Of a stretch of 64,000 nt of DNA, positions 56,645 through 64,000 are shown in pieces. The DNA is from Amoebidium appalachense. Taxonomy: Eukaryota; Protista; Ichthyosporea. Under the pieces are notes generated by a model. That model worked only from the letters and a program-made list of their open reading frames with translations, was not told where the DNA came from and did not search any database. The translations under genes and the position numbers were made by a program. Position 1 is the first letter of the stretch, and each line of letters begins with the position of its first letter. Location: the NCBI GenBank assembly GCA_963693365.1, contig CAVNZM010000002.1:5100259-5164258 (forward strand), given 5' to 3'.

Positions 56645-57829
56645 ATGGCACATGCCTATAATCGTTTCAGAACCTCTTTCAAAGTTCCATCTACACCCAT
56701 CACACATGTGCGACCATTAAAACGTCCAGCAGATACACCTACCACAGATGCACAACCAGAAAAACATCGCCTTAGACTAAGCGCAACACCTATTTACAAT
56801 ACACTACCCATTCAGAATAACACCACACCACTCCGTAGAAACACAATAACAACCATGCCGAAACTTTCGGTTGATACAGTACTGGCAGAACTTGCCCTCG
56901 TTAAGAAACAGCTAAATGAGCTGTTACCACTCAAGAACATGATAGAAAAACTCCAAACAGAAAATACCCAACTCAAGCTCACCATTGATTCACTCACAGC
57001 CCAGCTAAACATTAGTGGATCGCAAAACCCCAAAACTCATGAGCAAACATCTCGCGACGGAGACATTTCCACCCCAACACAAAACAACACAGGACCGGAA
57101 GCACAGCTCCCGGCAGAGTTCCTAGAATATGCGAACTCTCGTAAAACACCCGAGCTCCGCCAAATTGCCAAGGAAACATATGCCAGCATTCTTGCAGGCA
57201 ACGAGTACCGCCGCAACTCCCCTCCCAAACCGCCGGCTAAGGGGAACACCCAAGCAAACGGTAACATCAACATCCCACCCAAATACGAGAGGGTGTATTT
57301 CAAAGTCAAGCACGGCAGACGCCCACACAGGGCCATGTGGTCCATCTTCAAGGCTCTCGGCTTCCGGTGCTCTCGCATCCTTTGTCTGTCCTTCATTGGA
57401 TACGATGTGCTGGAAGTAGCAGTACGGGGCGACTATAACCGTGCGTTCATCCGTGACGCGACAAAGGGGTGTGGAAGCTTCTTCACCCACCTCCCAAGCT
57501 ACGACCCATGCGCGCCGGAAAACATTCAGAAAGCAGACAAAGAACGTAAAGTGTCTGCTAAGAATGCGTGCGCCACACGTTGTCGTGTACGCATCAGCAA
57601 GGCAAAAGAGTTCCTCGCAAAGTTGGAAAACGATGCTACGAGCGTGATAGACACGGACACGAAGGAACCAATGTTTTCTGGTGAGAAACTGCTCGAGCGC
57701 AAACGCCGATGCGAGATGGAAATCGAGCTCTTCTGCGAACTGTTCGCGCTGGCGGAAGGTCGTGCATACGACCCCGTAAGCGACAAGTGGGAACCAACCC
57801 CACAGGTGTCGGACCAAACCGATGCCTAA
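56645..57829 (+). CDS. LINE ORF1 protein (coiled coil plus basic, putative RNA-binding domain; no CCHC knuckle)
   Basis: 394-aa ORF directly upstream of ORF2; heptads LAELALVKKQLNELLPLKNMIEKLQTENTQL; block LGFRCSRILCLSFIGYDVLEVAVRGDY...YDP. Confidence 0.85.
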   Translation: MAHAYNRFRTSFKVPSTPITHVRPLKRPADTPTTDAQPEKHRLRLSATPIYNTLPIQNNTTPLRRNTITTMPKLSVDTVLAELALVKKQLNELLPLKNMIEKLQTENTQLKLTIDSLTAQLNISGSQNPKTHEQTSRDGDISTPTQNNTGPEAQLPAEFLEYANSRKTPELRQIAKETYASILAGNEYRRNSPPKPPAKGNTQANGNINIPPKYERVYFKVKHGRRPHRAMWSIFKALGFRCSRILCLSFIGYDVLEVAVRGDYNRAFIRDATKGCGSFFTHLPSYDPCAPENIQKADKERKVSAKNACATRCRVRISKAKEFLAKLENDATSVIDTDTKEPMFSGEKLLERKRRCEMEIELFCELFALAEGRAYDPVSDKWEPTPQVSDQTDA

Positions 57830-60800
57830 TTTATCCTTCTTCTTCTGGAATGCTCGGACACTGGGCCCCCAAAAGGGCCTCCCCCCCGGGACACTCGACG
57901 ATAAAATCAGCTACATACAACAACAGACAAACAACCACACGTTTACAGTGATTTGCGAAACACAGTTTAAAAACCACCACAAATTCAACTCTACATTGGT
58001 CGACACATCCACACACCCCGGTTACGCGAAAAACCGAGGCATTATTGTACTTGCCGCACCACACGTGAGAGTGAAGTGCAAACCGGTAGCAAAAACGGAA
58101 TTCTCGGTTTCTATAGAGTTTCTTTCTAATGTTTTTACTTTTGTATATTACCCACCATCTATGTCGGTTGTCGAATTGACTCACGAGTTGTCACAGTTAC
58201 CAATGTCCACTGTTATTTTAGGTGATTTTAACACGCGACTCCACCACACAGACACACTGCAAGTGAGTGTCGGGTACCCATCTAAGCCCCCGGAGCGTGC
58301 TATCCCTTTAGCAAGGTATGTCCAAAGTCACACTTTGCGGTTCCCTCAAATATCCCATGCCCACAACACCGACTGGGGAGTGGCCTTTTGGCCATCAACC
58401 ATGTCAAAACTCTCTCTCCCTCCTAACCTCTCTAGGTCATCTGACCACTCTCCTATCCTTTTCCTACCTAAGATCTCCCTTGATCTGCTCCCCCCTCCCC
58501 CTCCCACCTTTCGCCTCCGTCTATCCCAGCTTAAGTCACAGTGGGGTAGAGTTGATGTATGTGTATGCTATGCTACGAAACACCCTATATATATGCGCCT
58601 ATTAGAATCTGCACAAGCCAGGCCAGATTCACATCTCGTACTAGATACATGCACTAACTTTATTGTTGATGATTTGATAGATCTCGGTGATTATGCTGGC
58701 GGTGGTAGGAAGGAATATCCCGATGCTCTCTTGTTACCAAACACCACTCCCGCTAGACTAGGTGAACCCCTGTCTCAAAAGGAAAGCTTGCGCCGGCTTG
58801 CTAGTATGAATCGATTTGGCCCCCCTGCTCGTATTATTGGTGATACCACTGGAGACCCCCTCATAGACTCTGATAAGTATTTCTCGGAACTGTTTAAAGA
58901 TAGGACCCCCGCTCAGAAACCTATTGTGTGGCCTGTAGACCCATCTATCCCCATAGAATCGATCCTCCCCTTTTTCAGTCCCGATGCCATATGGTCTGTG
59001 ATATCTAGTTATAGCTCTAGTAAGTCTTGTGGACCTGATGGACTCCCTGCTGGGTTTCTTAAAATCCTTGTTCCCTCCTACCCACAAAAGGAAAGTGATC
59101 GTGCTATTAAACCTGATCTTACTATCATGTTAAGCTCTCTCTTTTCTTGGTGTGTTAAATGTGGACATGTCCCGTCATCTTGGTTAGATACCTTAGTGAT
59201 CCCCATAGTTAAGAAGGACTCTGAGGGCCCCATATCATCCTTTCGCCCCATTACACTAACCCAGGTTGTTCGTAGATTCTTTGAAGCTTGCTTACTTAGG
59301 TTATTTGCACATCACCCTAGGTTTCAATCTATTCTTCACATACACCCATGCCAATCCGCTTTTCGTAAAAACAATTCATGTTATGTTCAAATAATGGCAC
59401 TGCACGATTCTATGCAAGTTGGTGCACAATATGTTGGCTTTATTGATTGGAAAACTGCTTACGATTCTGTCTCCCCTGGTCTCCTATGGGAAAAGCTTGC
59501 TGCACGGGGTGTACCACACTGCATTGGTGTTCTGTTAGAAGCACTCTTGTCTCAAACCTATGGTAGAGCTGTGGTTAATGGGCATCTTTCATATGGTTTT
59601 GCTCGTACTAGAGGTCTCTTGCAGGGTTCATTGCTTAGCCCCTTTTTGTTTAACCTATTTATAGATGATTTGGCTGTCAAGATTTACGCCGAAAACGATG
59701 ACCCTATTAATAACTTTCCGCCTGCACTTCTCTATGCTGATGATCTGTCCCTCCTTGCCCGTACCCCTAGACGCCTGCAAAGATTGTTCGATGTAGTGTC
59801 AGAGTGGTGCAAGGCAAACCTTATGATCCTTAACATAGACAAATGTGGTGTTCTTGTACCTGATATAGCTAACAATTTACACACATTTACATTATCATCT
59901 AAACCTGTACCTATAGTTCCAGAATACAAATATCTTGGTGTTCCGGTTGATTCTGTTGGTGTTATGTTTCCCCATATGGTCGAAAAGAGGGTAGAGTTGG
60001 CTCGTAAGCGGTTAGCTTTCTTCTCGGCTAATATTTTTAAAGACACACCCCTCCATCCTTCTATTAGACTTACATTTATTCGCACTTTTGTCTTCCCGGC
60101 ATGTGAATATGGTTTACCCCTTCTCGCCGCTTGGATCAAGAAAGAGAGAACTAGAGCGCTTAAACCCTTGGCAAATTTCCTTGAAGCAGAAGTTGCCTCC
60201 TTTCTATCTAACAACTGTTGTAAACCTGGGCCTGTAACGCTCTCGATATATGGTCTGGTCCCAATAGCTGCTAGAGTATCCTATCTCGCGCTGAAATTCA
60301 ATAAGCACATAAGCCGCTTAAAGAAGTATTTGCCCTCCCACCCTCTCTTCTCTATCCGACCTGTCCCCTCCTCACCTCTCCCCTCTTTCCTCCCCTCTCT
60401 CTCCCCTTCTCCCCTGGGCACAAATACAAATAAACCCCGCAATAGTGTGTGTGTGACTTTGGACTGCCACTTACTTATTAAACATGTACACAATCACAAG
60501 ATAATCACGCAATATAACAAATGGAAAAAGATACCACACGACACTAGACCCGATGAAAGCATACACCTTGAAAAACTAAGCCTTATGTCTCGTTTTATAT
60601 ATACTGACCGCCTCAACCATATTGCCAAATATGGCACTCGCAAGTGTATAACACCTAAATACATATTACCTTCCTGTAGAACTGGTCTTTCTCTAGCTGA
60701 TGGTATTATTGATCAATTACCACGCTTTTACTGTACACGTGCTATACAGTGGAGATCTAATAAGTATAAGGTGGCATCATTTGCATGCCCAAACAACACA

Positions 60801-61016
60801 CACACACACCAGTTTAACCGGTCATGTATCGCCAAATGTAGTTTGATAGACCACATAATACCGCAACACACACACGTCACATTCACAACAGACACCCAGA
60901 AAGATAGCCTACCTGTAAATTACAACATCCTTGATTTTATACTAAACACGCGTAACTACGACCTGTTTATTAGATGTATTGATTGGCTTGAGAAACACAT
61001 CACTACAAAATTATAG
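57822..61016 (+). CDS. LINE ORF2 protein: AP-like endonuclease + reverse transcriptase + Cys-containing C-terminus
   Basis: APE motifs WNAR, ICET, YYPP, GDFN, TD, SDH; RT motifs GPDG, FRPITL, QSAFR, IDWKTAYDSV, QGSLLSPFLFN, YADD, YKYLG; uninterrupted 1064 aa. Confidence 0.97.
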   Translation: MPNLSFFFWNARTLGPQKGLPPGTLDDKISYIQQQTNNHTFTVICETQFKNHHKFNSTLVDTSTHPGYAKNRGIIVLAAPHVRVKCKPVAKTEFSVSIEFLSNVFTFVYYPPSMSVVELTHELSQLPMSTVILGDFNTRLHHTDTLQVSVGYPSKPPERAIPLARYVQSHTLRFPQISHAHNTDWGVAFWPSTMSKLSLPPNLSRSSDHSPILFLPKISLDLLPPPPPTFRLRLSQLKSQWGRVDVCVCYATKHPIYMRLLESAQARPDSHLVLDTCTNFIVDDLIDLGDYAGGGRKEYPDALLLPNTTPARLGEPLSQKESLRRLASMNRFGPPARIIGDTTGDPLIDSDKYFSELFKDRTPAQKPIVWPVDPSIPIESILPFFSPDAIWSVISSYSSSKSCGPDGLPAGFLKILVPSYPQKESDRAIKPDLTIMLSSLFSWCVKCGHVPSSWLDTLVIPIVKKDSEGPISSFRPITLTQVVRRFFEACLLRLFAHHPRFQSILHIHPCQSAFRKNNSCYVQIMALHDSMQVGAQYVGFIDWKTAYDSVSPGLLWEKLAARGVPHCIGVLLEALLSQTYGRAVVNGHLSYGFARTRGLLQGSLLSPFLFNLFIDDLAVKIYAENDDPINNFPPALLYADDLSLLARTPRRLQRLFDVVSEWCKANLMILNIDKCGVLVPDIANNLHTFTLSSKPVPIVPEYKYLGVPVDSVGVMFPHMVEKRVELARKRLAFFSANIFKDTPLHPSIRLTFIRTFVFPACEYGLPLLAAWIKKERTRALKPLANFLEAEVASFLSNNCCKPGPVTLSIYGLVPIAARVSYLALKFNKHISRLKKYLPSHPLFSIRPVPSSPLPSFLPSLSPSPLGTNTNKPRNSVCVTLDCHLLIKHVHNHKIITQYNKWKKIPHDTRPDESIHLEKLSLMSRFIYTDRLNHIAKYGTRKCITPKYILPSCRTGLSLADGIIDQLPRFYCTRAIQWRSNKYKVASFACPNNTHTHQFNRSCIAKCSLIDHIIPQHTHVTFTTDTQKDSLPVNYNILDFILNTRNYDLFIRCIDWLEKHITTKL

Positions 61017-61020
61017 CGCA

Positions 61021-61089
<69 letters not shown>

Positions 61090-61122
61090 CCAGCTGATAC
61101 CGAGTGTCCCGAGGGGAGCCCC

Positions 61123-61169
<47 letters not shown>

Positions 61170-61364
61170 GGGGAACCCCAACTAATTGATTTCTCCTTGT
61201 AGTCTTTATGGTGTCTCGTAGAGAAAGTAAACCCTGATATATAGTCACCACCCGACATCTATGTACGTGATCATGATATACCGCTGAGGGGATATTCCGA
61301 GCAAAACCCCCCCCCCCATACCTGAGACTGGTTCTCTTTGCCTCGAGTAAACAGCGTAAACCCC

Positions 61365-61395
<31 letters not shown>

Positions 61396-61411
61396 ATACA
61401 CATCTATAGGG

Positions 61412-61471
<60 letters not shown>

Positions 61472-61937
61472 ATGTAATATATATATATACATATACAGGG
61501 GCAAACCTACGAATCTTGAGAACTTTTCCCAGAAACTTGTACTTATAACAATAAAGCGACAGCCGTTTAGTACAGGCAGTTGATTTGTCGACCATACATC
61601 GATCACATGTGTCGTGCACAGTCGCAAAACAAAAACAAGAGGTCCCGTCGAAGTACCCACACTCCCGCTTTGTCTCCTAACCTTTTTTTATAGTCACTAA
61701 AACTCCGGCGCTTCGAGGCCAAACATACACAAGGACAAGTAAAATGGCATTTGCCGACATTATTTTTCTTGTGCCCCGGCTTGACACAAGCGATATGGTT
61801 GACATAGAGTACAAGGATGATGCGCAGTTAGTGAGAATCAAGCACTATCCTCTCCCCTACTTTCCTGCAGTGCCTCTAAGTGTGTGATTTGGCGTCGGGT
61901 GTGCTCGAGGTATATTGTGCTGGTGCTCCAACCGTCA

Positions 61938-62298
61938 TCAGAGTAGGCTAGCAACGCACGCGTCTGGGTGTATATACTTAACCGCCGTTTCCATTTCCCC
62001 TGACATGAGACGTAAGGGCACTACAATGGTAGGTGGGAGGGCGTCACCGGACGCAACAATAGTGGGAATGATGGATAGGTGCCAGTCTTGCTCCGCAAAC
62101 CCATAGCCGACTTTGTATGTGTTTTTCATGTCTGTGACCGTGAGAAGTTTTTTGTCTAGTTGCCTGTTCCATGAACATGGGATTATACTTGGGCCCGTAC
62201 TTGTAACCCTGCTTTATTACACTAGGTGCGCTTCGAGTGGTGGGCCCTTTTTTGCGAAGCTTAGGCATAGGCTTGTTTTTTTTGGGAGCCTTTGCCAT
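61938..62298 (-). pseudogene. Possible decayed DDE (pogo/DDE_1-like) transposase fragment
   Basis: Two overlapping out-of-frame ORFs; LSIIPTIVASGDALPPTIVV resembles the DDE_1 'T...A.G..LPP.II' motif. Weak. Confidence 0.25.
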
Positions 62299-63494
62299 TT
62301 TCTGACACGCAGTTACAACAGTGCTGTGCTATGCTAGTGTTGTGGTCAGCTATGAAGGCCAATGCTACCCCGAGCATCACGTGCTCACACAAGTACCTAC
62401 CCCTACAATATTACACCCAAACAAAGGCCCAAGCTACTCAAAAACACCTATTTATTTGAAAAGAAAGTGGTTTGTGCCCTTTTATTACGTAGAAAACACG
62501 TCCGAAGGGTTTCGACCCGCAGCTCTTGAGAGCTCACATTTCACGTTCTGGGTATCGGAGAAGCGCCCTTTTTTTTTTCCGTTGCAGGCCTGAGTGTCAG
62601 TAACCGCCCCGCCCATATTAAAAAAAAAACCAATGAGAAAAAACGCATAAAAAAAGAAAATAACCAAGGAAGGGATCATAAGTTTCTCAGCTGTCACGTC
62701 AACTTTTTTTCCCGATTCTTCACCATGGCAGGTATATGAAGGCTTTCGTTTCTTCTTTTTGTGGTGGGAGGTGTCAGGAGGGAGTCCCACTCAGGGGAAC
62801 GTGACTGCAGCGTGTGTGTGGTGTGGCCTGGTGTATTCCTACTGCTGTGAGAGTGAACATGGGGGGATCTCCCTTTCGCGGAGTTTCTCGCTTGAGAAGT
62901 GGTTTCTTCAACGCCTGGTGGTCCACTGCAACCTATGGTAACTTCTACACGCTGTCTACGCTTCTACGCGACCTATTGGCGGTGGGCTGCTGCAACTTCT
63001 TCAGCTACTTCTGCGCTGCGTGAGTGGAGGGGCGGCTACTGTTGGAGTACACTGGTACTCCCGGCTAGCAATGTCTGTTAGAGAAAGTTTCTGAGCAATT
63101 GAATAATTGTTTCAACACTCACTCGAGTGCATAGAGCTTTTGTTTACGGTCATATTCATATATGGTAGTTATATGTTTGAGCCAAAACTGTACCAATGAC
63201 GAGCTTCATTAGCAACGTGCTAATTGTGCTCATTAATTAATATTCCCGGTTCAGATGATGTCATGTTTATATTTGCCACAGGATTCTATTCTTAGAGTGG
63301 TAGTGTGCTTTATTCCCGGATATTCTCAGAATATTTTTAGTTGTGTGAAGTAAGATTTACGTTTTAACTGCAATTGGTGTGTTAAACACGTTTATTTGTG
63401 TGCTTTAGTGCAAGTTAACTAGCCACCCAACGTGCACAGTTAACTTTTATATCTTTAACGACTTGTTTTCATTGTGCTCTCTTTTCGGCCATGC

Positions 63495-64000
63495 TGTACA
63501 TGGCCCACCACCAGGGTGCACACGAGGCCACCATGAGGTGGCCAACGACTATATAAAGCAGTGCCTCCCATGTCACAAACATGGGAAGCAGAACGTTTGA
63601 TTTACACTTTTCTACTGTCGTTTTCAGTGCACAAAACACATAGACAAGTTACCCATCATACACGACACTATGTCTGACAACTTACAGTTGCAGCAACTAG
63701 TCCAACTACTGGAGCAGAGGTTGGCCTCACAAGATGCAATCATTTCTGACTTACAGAAGGAACAACGTGCACTAGAACTAGCTTCTATGAACACAATGTC
63801 CAACAGGGTTATGGGCCCCTCACGTAATGATTCCATCAAGTTCAAGGTCGACATCCCTCTCTTCACTGGCAATGATAATGATTCAGGCACGGACTACCAC
63901 ACATGGGCCGAAACCATGTATGTCCAGCTTTCTGGTGCTGGTCTTCTCCACACCATCGCGTCCAGTACGGAGCACCCGGCTACCCGTGAACAGGTCGACA
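63495..64000 (+). mobile_element. 5' end of a Ty1/copia LTR retrotransposon (LTR ends ...CAACA at 63805; LTR start uncertain, 63495 or 63040)
   Basis: TATATAAA at 63550; CAACA followed by copia-type PBS GGTTATGGGCCC (63807-63818, complementary to an internal region of tRNA-iMet); gag ORF follows. Confidence 0.85.
63670..64000 (+). CDS. Copia Gag N-terminus (partial; absent from the ORF track because it runs off the window)
   Basis: MSDNLQLQQLVQLLEQRLASQDAIISDLQKEQ...IPLFTGNDNDSGTDYHTWAETMYVQLSGAGL matches the copia gag pattern 'P.F.G..Y..W...M...L...GL'. Confidence 0.85.
   Translation, partial: MSDNLQLQQLVQLLEQRLASQDAIISDLQKEQRALELASMNTMSNRVMGPSRNDSIKFKVDIPLFTGNDNDSGTDYHTWAETMYVQLSGAGLLHTIASSTEHPATREQVD

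Larger units (their letters stand above)
56207..61364 (+). mobile_element. Full-length APE-type non-LTR retrotransposon (LINE) flanked by (TA)n tracts
   Basis: (TA)9 at 56189-56206, 18-bp array, ORF1, ORF2, (CA)n, A42 at 61127-61168, 196-bp tail, (AT)14 at 61365-61392. Confidence 0.92.

Noticed and set aside
56540-56645. HDV-like ribozyme in the LINE 5' UTR
   Set aside because: Short GC hairpins (ggccc-taa-gggcc) are present, but I could not build the nested double pseudoknot.
62500-62550. Twin hairpins GGGT-TTCG-ACCC and AGCTC-TTGA-GAGCT as a hammerhead or ncRNA
   Set aside because: No CUGANGA core on either strand, and the stems are short enough to occur by chance.

Overview
Intron-rich eukaryotic DNA, plausibly a unicellular opisthokont/holozoan (inferred from gene content, not proven). 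Introns are packed with (CA)n, (GA)n and long poly-G/poly-C runs, and these generate most of the supplied ORFs as artefacts. Real content, left to right: (1) the 3' end of an uncharacterised + strand gene (to 4657); (2) a multi-exon, minus-strand, two-domain Cdc48/AFG2-like AAA+ ATPase (~6946-21479) with degenerate D1 and intact D2; (3) a giant minus-strand mosaic extracellular protein gene (25550 to at least 54338) built largely from phase 1-1 exons: PAN/apple, chitin-binding, tectonin-like propeller, WSC, beta-trefoil-like, a split PA14 with nested bacterial-type lectin-like repeats, Calx-beta/Ig-like, GDPH-vWD, EGF and SdrD-B-like modules, with two dead but skippable exons; (4) a ~230-bp foldback MITE; (5) an intact full-length non-LTR retrotransposon (ORF1 + APE-RT ORF2) between (TA)n tracts, with a perfect 17 x 18-bp array at its 5' end and a 196-bp tail behind an internal A42, a diverged copy of which lies at 1899-2064; (6) the 5' end of a Ty1/copia element (half-tRNA-iMet PBS, gag starting inside the LTR). 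The most unusual signals are the LINE's 5' array and tail, the giant modular lectin/adhesin, and an intron grammar with GC donors, C-tracts after donors and (CA)n directly before acceptors. All domain calls are by-eye motif recognition; no searches were run.
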